Positions 32,121 to 42,506 of a stretch of 64,000 nt of DNA are shown piece by piece. The stretch is taken from NCBI GenBank assembly GCA_963663275.1, contig OY760183.1, positions 2,112,001 to 2,176,000 of the forward strand, in the 5' to 3' direction. Within the stretch, counting starts at the first letter, position 1. The number at the start of each line of letters is the position of its first letter. The DNA comes from Chloroflexota bacterium (GTDB lineage: Bacteria; Chloroflexota; UBA11872; VXOZ01). The position numbers were made by a program, and so were the translations under genes. Below the pieces are notes generated by a model that saw nothing but the letters and a program-made list of their open reading frames with translations, had not been told where the DNA came from and ran no database searches.

Positions 32121-32737
32121 CGGATCAGGGCCAGCGCCTCGTTGCGCGCTTCGGTGACTTTCTCATAGGCGGGGAGGCGGGCGCGCATCGCCTTCACCTC
32201 CGCCGGGTCCTTGATGAAACCCAAGCTTGACCGGATGGTCGCCGCGCTTCCCTGCGCCGCGGCCTCCGCCAGGAGCACTGCCATGATAGCATCAGCCACC
32301 AGATTGGGGTTGCCGTGCCGCGCGAGCCACAAGGCATGGCCGCTGGCGTCCACGCACGCGTCGGCGATGGCGAAGAGCACCTCCGTGGCGTCCACCGAGG
32401 CGCGCTGGATGTGGGCCGAACGCGCCGCGCGCTCGGCCTCCGTGCCGCGCGGCATGGCGAATCCCGCGCCCACCGCGCCGTAGGCGTCGATGTCCTTTTG
32501 AATCAACGCTTCAAGCGTCTGCTGGGTCTGGTTCAATTGCCCGATCCGCTCGTCTACCTCAGCCGCGATGGCGGCGTATTTCTTCCTGCCCCGGGTAAAG
32601 TTGGCGACCATCGCCGCCAAACCGGCGGCCAGCGCGCCGACCAGGGCCGCCGCGCTGCCGCCGCCGGGCGTCGGCTCACCGGCGGCCAAGGCTTCCAGGT
32701 AGGCATGAAGGCTCTGTTCCGTAATCAACGCGCTCAC
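32117..32737 (-). CDS. fchA: Cyclodeaminase/cyclohydrolase family protein (methenyl-THF cyclohydrolase FchA-like)
   Basis: PTPGGGSAAALVGAL, MVANFT.G.KKY, D..AY, GNPNL..D. Confidence 0.85.
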   Translation of the reverse strand: MSALITEQSLHAYLEALAAGEPTPGGGSAAALVGALAAGLAAMVANFTRGRKKYAAIAAEVDERIGQLNQTQQTLEALIQKDIDAYGAVGAGFAMPRGTEAERAARSAHIQRASVDATEVLFAIADACVDASGHALWLARHGNPNLVADAIMAVLLAEAAAQGSAATIRSSLGFIKDPAEVKAMRARLPAYEKVTEARNEALALIR

Positions 32738-32758
32738 ATCCTTTCCGTTCCTGCCGGC

Positions 32759-33418
32759 CTACGCCTCGGTCCACCAGAGCGCCGGTGTCGCGCCGGCTAT
32801 GCGCACTCGATCATGCTCCACGCGCACCCGATCCTCGGCGAACCACTGCACCACCCGGGGCAGCAGGCGGTGTTCCTGCGCCAGGATGCGCTCGGCAAGG
32901 GACTCCACGGTATCGTCCATGAGCACCGGCGCCGCGGCCTGGGCGATAATCGGACCGGCGTCTACCTCATCCGTCACAACGTGCACCGTGCAGCCGGCGA
33001 TCTTCACGCCGGCCGCCAGGGCGTCTTGCTGCGGTTTGGGGTTCATCCCTCCGGCAAAGGCCGGCAGCAAAGAGGGATGAATGTTGATGATCCGCCGCGG
33101 GTAGGCGCGCACCCAGTCCGCGGAGAGAATGCGGTCGAAGCCGGCCAGCACGATCAACTCCGCGCCGTGCCGCTGAACGCTTGCCAACATTGCCCGCTGC
33201 TGCGCCTCGCGGGAGGCATAGTCGCGCCGCTCCGCCGCGACCGTAGGGATGCCGGCAGCGCGCGCCCGCTCGATGCCCGGCGCGTCGGCGTGGTTGCTGA
33301 CGACCACGACGATTTCCGCGTCGAGGCGTTTCGCGCCAATCGCGTCGATAAGCGCCTGCAAGTTGCTCCCGCGACCGGAAATCAGCGCCGCGAGTCGTAA
33401 GGAGGTCTTCTTCGTCAC
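32759..33418 (-). CDS. purN: Phosphoribosylglycinamide formyltransferase
   Basis: ISGRGSNL, NIHPSLLP, GCTVH, DAGPII; start uncertain. Confidence 0.93.
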   Translation of the reverse strand: MTKKTSLRLAALISGRGSNLQALIDAIGAKRLDAEIVVVVSNHADAPGIERARAAGIPTVAAERRDYASREAQQRAMLASVQRHGAELIVLAGFDRILSADWVRAYPRRIINIHPSLLPAFAGGMNPKPQQDALAAGVKIAGCTVHVVTDEVDAGPIIAQAAAPVLMDDTVESLAERILAQEHRLLPRVVQWFAEDRVRVEHDRVRIAGATPALWWTEA

Positions 33419-33476
33419 TGATGATTGGCTGCCTCTCCGCTGCCCGCGCGATGAACGCCGGGCTACAACACGCAGG

Positions 33477-34508
33477 TCAACGCTCGATGACGACACGCGG
33501 CTCAGTGTCACAGTCCTCAATTGCGCCTATGCGGCAGATCGCCGGTTCGCGTTCCAGCGCCGTCGCCGCCTCGCGTTCATCGCAGATTATCACGAAGCCG
33601 ACGCCCATGTTGAAGACGCGGCACATTTCAGCGAACTCCACGCGCCCGCGCTCCTGAATGAGATGAAAAACCGGCGGCACGGGCCACGTTCCCCAGCGTA
33701 TGCGCGCCTGCGTTCCCGGCGGCAGGACGCGGGGAATGTTGTCGCGCAGCCCGCCGCCGGTGATGTGCGCCATGCCCTTTACATCCACTGTCTCCAGTAG
33801 CCGGTGCACCGGGCGCAAGTAGCTGGGATGCACGGCCAGCAGGGCGTCGGCCAGGGTAGTCCCCAGGGACGGCACGGGGGTCTCAAGCGAGTCTTCCGCA
33901 AAGACTCGGCGCGCCAGGGTATAGCCGTTCGTCTGCAAGCCGTTGCTCGGCAGGGCCAGCACCGCGTCTCCCGGCGCGATGCGCTCGCCGCTGACGATCC
34001 GCGCCTGCTCCACCACGCCCACGATCATGCCGGCGAGGTCGAAGTCTTCGCCGGCGTAGAGGTCGGGCATCTCCGCCAGTTCGCCGCCCAGCAGCGCGCA
34101 ACCGGCCGCCGCGCACGCCGCCGCCGCCCCGGCCACAACATCGCGCATCGCCTCAGGCGACACGCGGCCCACGCCGATGTAATCGAGAAAGAAGAGCGGC
34201 CGCGCCCCCAGGGTGAGAATGTCGTTGATGCAGTGGTTGACGATGTCCTGGCCGACCGTATCGTAGCGTCCCAGCAGCGCGGCGAGCTTTACCTTGGTGC
34301 CCACGCCGTCGGTGCTCGCCACCAGCACCGGTTCCGTGTAGTGCGCGGGAAAGCGGAAGAGACCGCCAAAACCGCCGATGCCGGTGAGCACCTCCGGCCC
34401 GTGGGTGGCCTCCACGTGGGGCTTGAAGAGGCGTACGGCCTCGGCGCCGGCGTCGATGTCTACACCGGCCTGCCGATACGTCGTAGAAGGGGGCTGAAGG
34501 TCACGCAT
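33477..34508 (-). CDS. purM: AIR synthetase
   Basis: YRQAGVDI, STDGVGTK, GGELAEMP, HITGGG, FNMGVG. Confidence 0.95.
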   Translation of the reverse strand: MRDLQPPSTTYRQAGVDIDAGAEAVRLFKPHVEATHGPEVLTGIGGFGGLFRFPAHYTEPVLVASTDGVGTKVKLAALLGRYDTVGQDIVNHCINDILTLGARPLFFLDYIGVGRVSPEAMRDVVAGAAAACAAAGCALLGGELAEMPDLYAGEDFDLAGMIVGVVEQARIVSGERIAPGDAVLALPSNGLQTNGYTLARRVFAEDSLETPVPSLGTTLADALLAVHPSYLRPVHRLLETVDVKGMAHITGGGLRDNIPRVLPPGTQARIRWGTWPVPPVFHLIQERGRVEFAEMCRVFNMGVGFVIICDEREAATALEREPAICRIGAIEDCDTEPRVVIER

Positions 34509-34616
34509 GGCCCTGCGACAGCCAATCGAGGAGCGACGCCTTTACATAAGTGGCAGCCATCCGGCGTTTCCAGTCGGCGCGGCAATGCAAGACCCGCGCC
34601 TCATGTGCCAGGGGCC

Positions 34617-36071
34617 TCATGACACCGGCGCTCGCAGTTGCTCTAACGAGAGCTTGTCGAACTCCATCTGCACCGGTACCGGGTAGTCGCCGTTGAAGCA
34701 TGCCAGGCAGAATCGCCGGTAGGGGAGGCCCACGGCCTTCACGATGCCCTCGATGCTCAGATACCCCAGGCTATCCGCCTGGATGGCGTTACCGACGGCG
34801 GTTTCCGCCTCTTCCTGGGACTGAAACGCGGAAGCGATGATCTCGCCGCGCGTCGGCATGTCTACGCCCAGGAAGCAGGGATGGCGAATGGGCGGGGCGG
34901 CAATCCGCACGTGCACCTCGGCCACACCCGCCTGGCGCAGCATCTTGACGATTGGCAGAGTATTCGTGCCGCGCACGATCGAATCGTCAACCACCACCAC
35001 GCGCTGGCCTTCCAGCACTTCCGGCATGGGATTGTACTTCATGAGCGCGCCTTGGCGGCGCAACTGGTCGGTGGGCTGGATGAAGGTGCGGTGGATGTAG
35101 CGGTTGCGCACCAGGCCGTCGCGGAGCGGCAGGCCGCTCTCCTCGGCGTAGCCCTGGGCCGCGGCAATGGCGCACTCCGGCACGCCCATTACCAGGTCGG
35201 CGTCCGGCGCGGGCCGCTCGCGCGCCAGTTGGCGTCCCATCTCGCGCCGGGCATGGTAGAGCAGCCGGTCCTCGATGTACGAATCCGGCCGGGCAAGATA
35301 CATGAACTCGAACATGCAGACCGCCCGCTTCTCTACCGGTTGGATGCGATAGGACCGCAGCCCATCATCGCCGGCTGAAATCAGTTCGCCCGGCTCCAGT
35401 TCGCGCACGAATTCAGCGCCAACGGTGTTCAAAGCGCAACTCTCGGAAGCCACGACCCAGGAGCCGTCCATCGTTCCCAGGCACAGGGGGCGATTGCCCA
35501 ACGGATCACGCGCCGCCAGCAAGCGGTCGGTTGTCGCCATGACAAAACTATAGGAACCCACCAGCCGGGGCAGCGTATGCTGGAGTTTTTCAGTCCACGT
35601 GCCGCCCGGCGCGAGGGCAATCAGCCAGGCCGCAATCTCGCTGTCGGTAGAGGACGTGGGGCGCACGCCAAGGTCATCAAGATCGTCCAACAGCCGGTCC
35701 GCGTTGACCAGGTTGCCATTGTGGGCCAGCGCCAGAGGGCCGAGCGGGCCTTCCACGAATATGGGCTGGGAGTTATCCTCGCTGCTGGAGCCTTTGGTGG
35801 AGTAGCGCGTGTGCCCTACGGCCAGAATGCCCTGCAAGTCTTCCAAGATTTCTTCGGAAAAGACGTGGGAAACCAGCCCCATCCTGCGGTAGACCTGCAT
35901 CTGCTTGCCGTCGGCGCTGGCAATGCCGGCACTCTCTTGCCCGCGGTGCTGGAGCGCGTGCAGGCCGAAGTAGGTGAGTTTGGCTACGTCCAAGTCACGG
36001 CCGTAGATGCCGAAGACCCCGCACGCCTCACGGGGAGAGTCCGAATCGGCTTGCGCTGGTTTACGACCCAT
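34617..36071 (-). CDS. purF: Amidophosphoribosyltransferase (propeptide, Fe-S type)
   Basis: EACGVFG, QHRGQE, GHTRYST, HNGNL, VDDSIVRG, CMFE/PCFLG/CLAC. Confidence 0.96.
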   Translation of the reverse strand: MGRKPAQADSDSPREACGVFGIYGRDLDVAKLTYFGLHALQHRGQESAGIASADGKQMQVYRRMGLVSHVFSEEILEDLQGILAVGHTRYSTKGSSSEDNSQPIFVEGPLGPLALAHNGNLVNADRLLDDLDDLGVRPTSSTDSEIAAWLIALAPGGTWTEKLQHTLPRLVGSYSFVMATTDRLLAARDPLGNRPLCLGTMDGSWVVASESCALNTVGAEFVRELEPGELISAGDDGLRSYRIQPVEKRAVCMFEFMYLARPDSYIEDRLLYHARREMGRQLARERPAPDADLVMGVPECAIAAAQGYAEESGLPLRDGLVRNRYIHRTFIQPTDQLRRQGALMKYNPMPEVLEGQRVVVVDDSIVRGTNTLPIVKMLRQAGVAEVHVRIAAPPIRHPCFLGVDMPTRGEIIASAFQSQEEAETAVGNAIQADSLGYLSIEGIVKAVGLPYRRFCLACFNGDYPVPVQMEFDKLSLEQLRAPVS

Positions 36072-36103
36072 AGCGTGCCTTGCCCCTCTCTACCGCAACG
36101 CGC

Positions 36104-38329
36104 TCATCCACCGTCCGCCGCCAGTGCTTCCGGTATTCCATTTTGCCACGCCCGGCGCGCTTGCGCCAGTGGCACGCGCACCGCGTCGCCGAGCGCCAGG
36201 TCGTCACCGCCTACCCGTCCGATGACGACGCAGGGCACACCGCGCGCGGCGGCGGCCGCGTTCACCGCCGCCAGGTTGCGCTCCGGCAGGCTGACGACGA
36301 TGCGCGACTGGCTCTCGCCGAAGAGCAGTCCATCTATCCGCCCGCTGCCCGGCAAGTCCGCCCGCACGCCCAGGCCCCCCGCGATGGCGCTCTCGGCGAG
36401 CGCGACGGCCAGGCCGCCCTGGGAGCAATCGTGGGCGCTGCTCAACTGGCCGTCGCGAATGAGTTGCCGGCAGACGGCCTGCACCCGGGCTTCCACGTCC
36501 AGGTCTATTGGCGGGGCGCGGCCCGCTACCCTGTCATGGATTACAGTGAGGTACTCGCTGCCGCCAAGATCATCGCTCGGCGGGCCCAGCAGCGCGATGA
36601 GGTCGCCTTCTTGTTTTAGGGCCGGCGTCGCGCTCTGTTTCGCGTCGTCCAGCTTGCCCACCATGCCGACCATGGGCGTCGGATAGATCGCTTGGCCGCG
36701 GGTCTCGTTGTAGAGGCTGACGTTGCCGCTGACGACCGGCACGCCCAAAGCCTCGCAGGCCGCGGCCATGCCGCGAATCACGCCCTCCAACTGGTAGTAG
36801 ACGTCGCTCTTCTCCGGATTGCCGAAGTTGAGGCAGTTGCTAAGGGCAAGCGGCTCCGCGCCGACGCAGGCCAGGTTGCGCGCCGCTTCCGCCACGGCGA
36901 TCGCGCCGCCCGCGAACGGCTCCAGATAGCAGTAGCGCCCGTTGCCGTCGATGGTGACGGCCAGTCCCAGCGGCGCACCTTTGACGCGCAGCACGGCGGC
37001 GTCTCCGCCCGGGCCCTGAACCGTATTGACCTGGACGCTATAGTCATACTGCTGATAGACGCTCTCCTTACTGGCGATGTTTGGGCTTGCCAGCAAGGAA
37101 AGCAGAACGTCGTTGTAATCTTGCGGCTCCGGCAGGGAATCCGGCTCGAAGGCGCGGGTCTCCCGCAAGTAGGCGGGCGGCGCGCCCTCCCGCGCGTAGG
37201 TGGGGGCGTCGGCGAGCAGGTGCGCGGGAATCTCCGCCGCCGCCTCCGCGCCGTGCCGCACGCGCACCACGCCGTCGTCCGTGACGGTGCCGATGACGGT
37301 GGAGTGCAATCCCCAGCGGGTGAAGATGGCCTCCACCTGCGCCTCCGCGCCGCGCCGCACGATGGCGAGCATGCGCTCCTGGCTTTCGCTCAGCATGATC
37401 TCGTAGGGAGTCATGCCTTCTTCACGGCAGGGCACACGGCTTACGTCGATGTCCACACCGCTTTCGCCCTTGTGCGCCGCTTCCACCGCCGAACTGGTCA
37501 AGCCGGCCGCGCCGAGGTCTTGCAAACCTACCAGGTAGTCGGTCTCGCCCAACTCCAGGCAGGCCTCGATGAGCAGTTTTTCCATAAAGGGGTCGCCCAC
37601 CTGCACCACGCCCCGGTGCGAAAGCTCCGGGTCGTCCAGAGAGGCGAACGACGCGCCGTGAATGCCGTCGCGTCCGGTCGCCGCGCCGACCAGCATCAAC
37701 GTATTGCCAGCGCCCCGGGCCCGCGCCCGAATGAGCTTCTCGTGGGGAATGAGGCCGACGCACATGGCGTTGACGAGCGGGTTGCCGTTATAGGACGGCG
37801 CGAAATTGACCTCGCCGCCCACGTCCGGGATGCCGACGCAGTTGCCGTAGTGGCTGATGCCGCCGACGACGCCGTTGAAGAGATAGCGGTTGCGCGCCTC
37901 CGCGAGCGGGCCGAAGCGCAGCGAGTTGAGCAGCGCGATGGGACGCGCGCCCATGGTGAAGATGTCCCGCACGATGCCGCCGACGCCGGTGGCCGCGCCC
38001 TGAAACGGCTCGACCGCGCTGGGATGATTGTGGCTCTCCACCTTGAAGACCACCGCCAGGCCGTGGCCGATGTCCACCGCGCCGGCGTTCTCTTCGCCCG
38101 CGCCGATGAGCACGTGCGTACCGGCGGTAGGCAACAGCTTCAAAAGGGGCCGGGAGTTCTTATAGCCGCAATGCTCGCTCCACATCGCGCCGAACATGCC
38201 CAGTTCGACGCGGTTCGGCGGGCGGCCAAGCTGGGCGCAGACGCGGTCGTACTCGCCGCGGGTGAGCGAGACTTCCCGCAGGTCGGCATCGGTTACGGCA
38301 CTTTCCACTTGAGACACGCAAATCCTCAC
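36104..38329 (-). CDS. purL: FGAM synthase subunit PurL
   Basis: MWSEHCGYK, ESHNHPS, QDLGAAGL, SESQERM, SGNVSLYN; start may lie a few codons downstream. Confidence 0.96.
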   Translation of the reverse strand: MRICVSQVESAVTDADLREVSLTRGEYDRVCAQLGRPPNRVELGMFGAMWSEHCGYKNSRPLLKLLPTAGTHVLIGAGEENAGAVDIGHGLAVVFKVESHNHPSAVEPFQGAATGVGGIVRDIFTMGARPIALLNSLRFGPLAEARNRYLFNGVVGGISHYGNCVGIPDVGGEVNFAPSYNGNPLVNAMCVGLIPHEKLIRARARGAGNTLMLVGAATGRDGIHGASFASLDDPELSHRGVVQVGDPFMEKLLIEACLELGETDYLVGLQDLGAAGLTSSAVEAAHKGESGVDIDVSRVPCREEGMTPYEIMLSESQERMLAIVRRGAEAQVEAIFTRWGLHSTVIGTVTDDGVVRVRHGAEAAAEIPAHLLADAPTYAREGAPPAYLRETRAFEPDSLPEPQDYNDVLLSLLASPNIASKESVYQQYDYSVQVNTVQGPGGDAAVLRVKGAPLGLAVTIDGNGRYCYLEPFAGGAIAVAEAARNLACVGAEPLALSNCLNFGNPEKSDVYYQLEGVIRGMAAACEALGVPVVSGNVSLYNETRGQAIYPTPMVGMVGKLDDAKQSATPALKQEGDLIALLGPPSDDLGGSEYLTVIHDRVAGRAPPIDLDVEARVQAVCRQLIRDGQLSSAHDCSQGGLAVALAESAIAGGLGVRADLPGSGRIDGLLFGESQSRIVVSLPERNLAAVNAAAAARGVPCVVIGRVGGDDLALGDAVRVPLAQARRAWQNGIPEALAADGG

Positions 38330-38441
38330 GGCGGCAATGGCAGGTCAATCAACGCCGGCGCTCGCGCCGGTGTGTTGGCGCCGCGCCAGACGGCAGCGAT
38401 GGTTCATCTATGCGCCAGGGGCGGCGCGAGCGCGCAGGCGA

Positions 38442-39149
38442 CTATGCCCGCAACGGCGCCGGGGTACGCGCGGCGGCCAGCGCCTGCCAGATGCCCAGCC
38501 CGTCGGCGCTGCCCAGCGCAGCCTCCGCGCAACGCTCCGGATGCGGCATCAAGGCGAACACGTTGCCGGCCTCGTTGCAGACCCCGGCGATGTTGTCCAC
38601 GGAGCCGTTGGGATTTGCCGCCGGCGTGACCGCGCCCGCCGCGTCGCAGTAGCGCAGGACAATCTGGCCGTTGTCCCTCATGCGGCTGAGCGTTTCCGGA
38701 TCGGCCACGTAGTTGCCGTCGCCGTGGGCAATCGGCATGCGCAGCACTTGGCCGGGCCGATAGTTTGCCATGAACGGCGACGCCGCGCTTTCCACGCGCA
38801 CATGCGTCCAGCGGCAGCGGAATTCGAGCGACCGGTTGCGCAGCAAGGCGCCGGGCACGAGTCCGGCCTCCGCCAGTATCTGAAAGCCGTTGCAGATGCC
38901 GAGCACCAGGCCGCCGTCGCGCGCGAACGCGGTTACGGCCTGCATCACCGGAGAGAAGCGCGCAATCGACCCGGAACGCAGGTAGTCCCCGTAGGAGAAG
39001 CCGCCCGGCAGCACCAGCGCGTCGTAGGGAGCGAGGTTTGTTTCCTGGTGCCAGATCAGATTCGCCTCTTGCCGCAGCACGGAGCGGACGACGTGGAGGC
39101 AATCGTAGTCGCAGTTGGAGCCGGGAAACTGGATGACGCCAATGCTCAC
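38442..39149 (-). CDS. purQ: FGAM synthase glutaminase subunit PurQ
   Basis: [32 protein letters not shown]; GTGA overlap with purS. Confidence 0.95.
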   Translation of the reverse strand: MSIGVIQFPGSNCDYDCLHVVRSVLRQEANLIWHQETNLAPYDALVLPGGFSYGDYLRSGSIARFSPVMQAVTAFARDGGLVLGICNGFQILAEAGLVPGALLRNRSLEFRCRWTHVRVESAASPFMANYRPGQVLRMPIAHGDGNYVADPETLSRMRDNGQIVLRYCDAAGAVTPAANPNGSVDNIAGVCNEAGNVFALMPHPERCAEAALGSADGLGIWQALAAARTPAPLRA

Positions 39150-39397
39150 GGGCCTGTCTCCAGGTCGAAGCGGTAGCTTTCGATGACCGGATTGGCCAGG
39201 AGTTGGCGGCACATGGCCTCGACTTCCGCGCGGGCCTGCTCGGCATCGCCCGTGCCCAGTTCCACCTCCAGGTACTTGCCCATCCGCACCGAGGCCACGT
39301 CCTCGAAGCCCAGGTGGTGCAGCGCGGTACGGATGGTGTTGCCCTGCGGGTCGAGCACCGTCGGCTTGTACGTGATGTAGATACGCGCCTTCGTCAC
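39146..39397 (-). CDS. purS: FGAM synthase subunit PurS
   Basis: [20 protein letters not shown]. Confidence 0.95.
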   Translation of the reverse strand: MTKARIYITYKPTVLDPQGNTIRTALHHLGFEDVASVRMGKYLEVELGTGDAEQARAEVEAMCRQLLANPVIESYRFDLETGP

Positions 39398-39475
39398 CGC
39401 CGTACAAACCCCGTCTCTATTCTATCAAGCAAGAGGTCGCAATCCGCCTGGCGCGCCACCGTGCCCGCGCCCCGC

Positions 39476-42361
39476 CTACTCATCGTCCTCGATGCGCCGT
39501 TGCAACTCTTCCAGGAGTTGCTGGTTCAACTCGAGTTGGTCTTGCATCAGCTCGTTCTGGCGTTGAAGGGCGTCGAGCAATTCCTGAACCGGCGTGCCGC
39601 TCGACGGAGTGGCCGACGGCGGGGGCGTGAGTTGTTGCGCCGGCGGCGTGGCCCCGGCCTGAGGCGTCACCGTTGGCTGGGCCGCCGCGGTCGGCGTCGG
39701 CAAGACAACGGGAGCGGGTGTGGCCGTGGGCGCGGCGGGAGTAGGCGTAGCGGCAGCGCCCGCGCCGCTGCCCGCGCCGCTGCCGCCGGTTGTCGCGGCG
39801 GTTCCAGTGAAAATCTCCTCGACGCCCGCGCCAAACAACTCTTGCAGTCCTTGCAGCACGCTCTCCGCCATCACGACGTTGGAGCCGTTGGCGATAATCA
39901 CGCGCTTGAGTTCCGGCAACTGGCCCTGCTCAGACTGGAGGTAGATCGGCTCCACGTACAAGTTCGACTGGCCGATCGGCACGACCAGCAGGTTACCGCG
40001 AATCACCCGCGAACCGCCCTGTCCCCAGAGCGTAAACTGCTGCGAGATCGTGGTATCCTGGTCGGCCCGCGCTTCGATCTGCATCGGCCCGAAGATCAGC
40101 TTGTCCTTGGGATACTTGAAAGCGAACAGCGAGCCGTAGCCCTCGGGGTCCGACCGGGCGGCCAGCCACGCTACCATATTGTCCTTCTGTATCGGCGTGT
40201 ACGGCATGATCAGAATGAACTCTTCGCGCGGGAACTCGGGTAGCCGCATGATGACGTAGTAAGGCCGCACGGGCACCTGGCCGCCGCCGTAGAGTTCGCG
40301 CGGCCGCGAGAACGCGTCCTCGCGGTTGTAGAAGATGTCCGGTTTCTGCATGTGGTAGAGCGAGTACAACTCCACCTGCACCTGGAACAGGAACGCCGGG
40401 TAGCGAATGTGCTGCAGGAGCGACGGCGGCATTGCGCTCAGCGGTTGGAAGAGGTCCGGGAACGCCTGCGAGTATGCCTGCAAAATCGGTTCGTCTTCCT
40501 CCACCGCATAGAGGCGGACGGAACCGTCATACGCGTTTACGGTCGCCTTCACGCTATTGCGGATGTAGTTGAACGCGCCGGCCAACGGCTGCGAGTACGG
40601 GTAGCGGTTGGTAAACGTATAAGCGTCCACAATCCAGAAGAGTTGGCCGTCGGCAACGACGATGTATGGATCCTGGTCAACGACGAGAAACGGCGCGACC
40701 GTAGCGACGCGCTCGCGCACCTGGCGGCGGTAGAGAAGTTGGCTATCGGGCATAAGCTCATCCGAAAGGAGGATGTTCACGTCCTTGAAGTGCCAGGCGT
40801 AGAGCAACTTGCGCAGATAAGTGCCGACTCCCACACCCGTGCGCGACTGGTAGGTGGAGCGGGCGTTGTCGTCTCCGCGCGGATAGTCGATTTCCTGGAT
40901 GCGCGCGTTGACAATAACATAGTCGAACGTCTTCTCACCGTAGTAGATTTCCGGTCGCTCGATGTCCATGATGCCGGTGGGCGGCACGTCCTTGAGGAAG
41001 AAAGCCGGCAGACCCTCCGGCGAAACCTCGTTGACGGGGCTCATCACCACGCCGTAGCCATGGGTGAACTGCAAGCGGCGGTTGACCCACGTTTGCGCCG
41101 AGCCGGGCAACTTCTCCGGTGAAAGCTCTCGCGCGCCAACCATCACCTGCCGATACTCGCCGTCCACGTAATAGCGGTCCACGTCCGCGTCCAGAATGTC
41201 GTAGTAGAGGCGGATGCTCTGCACCTGGTTATACGTGATCAGCAGCGGTTCGGGGTCCCACAGGCGGAAGTTGCGGACGGTGAGGGGATTGCCCACCAAC
41301 TCTTCCTGCGTCACCGCGGGCTCGCCCGGGTGTTCCATTTCCACAATGCGATTGAGACCGTAAGCCTCACGGGTAAACTCGATATTGTTCTCGATATAGG
41401 GGCGCTCGCGCTCTAATTCGTTCGGTTGCACTTCGAAGCGATGCGCCAAGCCGGGGTAGGCCCATCCGCCCACGACCAGCACCAGCAGCCAAAGTCCCAA
41501 ACCGCCGACCGGCAACCATTGGAGATTGAAAACGGCGCCGAGCACCAGGCCGATTGCGGCTATCACTGCCAATACAATGAGCACCTGCTGCACCGGCTGC
41601 ATGATGTTCGCGTCGATGTAACTCGCGCCGTAGGCCGCGCCGCGGGTGGAAAACTCCAGCGTGTGGAGGCTCAGCCAATGGCTCCACGCCACCAGCAAGA
41701 GCACGAAGAACCCGAGCACGGCAAGGTGAATGCGAATTGGCGCTCCGGCGACGATGCTGCGGGGAATCTCGCGCCGCTCGCCTTCGTCGTCTTCAGGCGA
41801 GATCATGTACGGCAGCACCAGACGGAAGCCGTAGGCAAAGACCGCTACTACCACCACCACGATGAAAGCGCGGATGAGCCAGCCTTGGGCAAATTCCAGC
41901 AGCGGAAGCGTGAAGACGAAGAATGAGAGGTCGCGGTTGAAGAGCGGATCGGTGATGTTGAATGGAATCGAGTTCTGGGCGCGCAGCACCGTATCCCACT
42001 GCCCGGCGGCAACCAGCCCAAAGATAACGGCCGCAATCACGCCTACGAGACCGGAAATGATCCGCGAGGCCTGCTCGGTCCGCCGCGCAGAAGTAGAGAG
42101 GAAATCCTCGCCGGTCGAGTAGGCCTGGCGCGCAACGATCTTCCGCACCAGGGCCATGTTGCCAAAGTACAGCACCCCGAAACCGACTAAACCCGCGGCA
42201 AAGAGGCCGATCTGCAAGGTGATGATGCGGGAAAAGACATCGGTGCGCTCCAGACTCTGGTACCACAGCCAATCGGCGATGATATTCGGCACGACGAGCA
42301 CCAGCGCGATGAACACGACGATGCCAACGAACACGCCGCCGATCACGGTATTGCGCTGCAT
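39476..42361 (-). CDS. UPF0182 family membrane protein
   Basis: DWLWY, DPLFNRDLSFFVF, V.PNEL..E.PYI..NI..TR.AY, THGYG, NYIRNSVK. Confidence 0.92.
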   Translation of the reverse strand: MQRNTVIGGVFVGIVVFIALVLVVPNIIADWLWYQSLERTDVFSRIITLQIGLFAAGLVGFGVLYFGNMALVRKIVARQAYSTGEDFLSTSARRTEQASRIISGLVGVIAAVIFGLVAAGQWDTVLRAQNSIPFNITDPLFNRDLSFFVFTLPLLEFAQGWLIRAFIVVVVVAVFAYGFRLVLPYMISPEDDEGERREIPRSIVAGAPIRIHLAVLGFFVLLLVAWSHWLSLHTLEFSTRGAAYGASYIDANIMQPVQQVLIVLAVIAAIGLVLGAVFNLQWLPVGGLGLWLLVLVVGGWAYPGLAHRFEVQPNELERERPYIENNIEFTREAYGLNRIVEMEHPGEPAVTQEELVGNPLTVRNFRLWDPEPLLITYNQVQSIRLYYDILDADVDRYYVDGEYRQVMVGARELSPEKLPGSAQTWVNRRLQFTHGYGVVMSPVNEVSPEGLPAFFLKDVPPTGIMDIERPEIYYGEKTFDYVIVNARIQEIDYPRGDDNARSTYQSRTGVGVGTYLRKLLYAWHFKDVNILLSDELMPDSQLLYRRQVRERVATVAPFLVVDQDPYIVVADGQLFWIVDAYTFTNRYPYSQPLAGAFNYIRNSVKATVNAYDGSVRLYAVEEDEPILQAYSQAFPDLFQPLSAMPPSLLQHIRYPAFLFQVQVELYSLYHMQKPDIFYNREDAFSRPRELYGGGQVPVRPYYVIMRLPEFPREEFILIMPYTPIQKDNMVAWLAARSDPEGYGSLFAFKYPKDKLIFGPMQIEARADQDTTISQQFTLWGQGGSRVIRGNLLVVPIGQSNLYVEPIYLQSEQGQLPELKRVIIANGSNVVMAESVLQGLQELFGAGVEEIFTGTAATTGGSGAGSGAGAAATPTPAAPTATPAPVVLPTPTAAAQPTVTPQAGATPPAQQLTPPPSATPSSGTPVQELLDALQRQNELMQDQLELNQQLLEELQRRIEDDE

Positions 42362-42506
42362 GGACTGTCCTCACTGTCTGCGTCGCGAAGCGGTTGATAC
42401 GGTATGCCGCATACCCGGCGCGGCGAAAAACGGCGCACTATCCTCATGCTCTTCCGGCACGCTGATAGTGCGCCCTAATGAACCGGACGTATAGCGTCTC
42501 TCGGCG

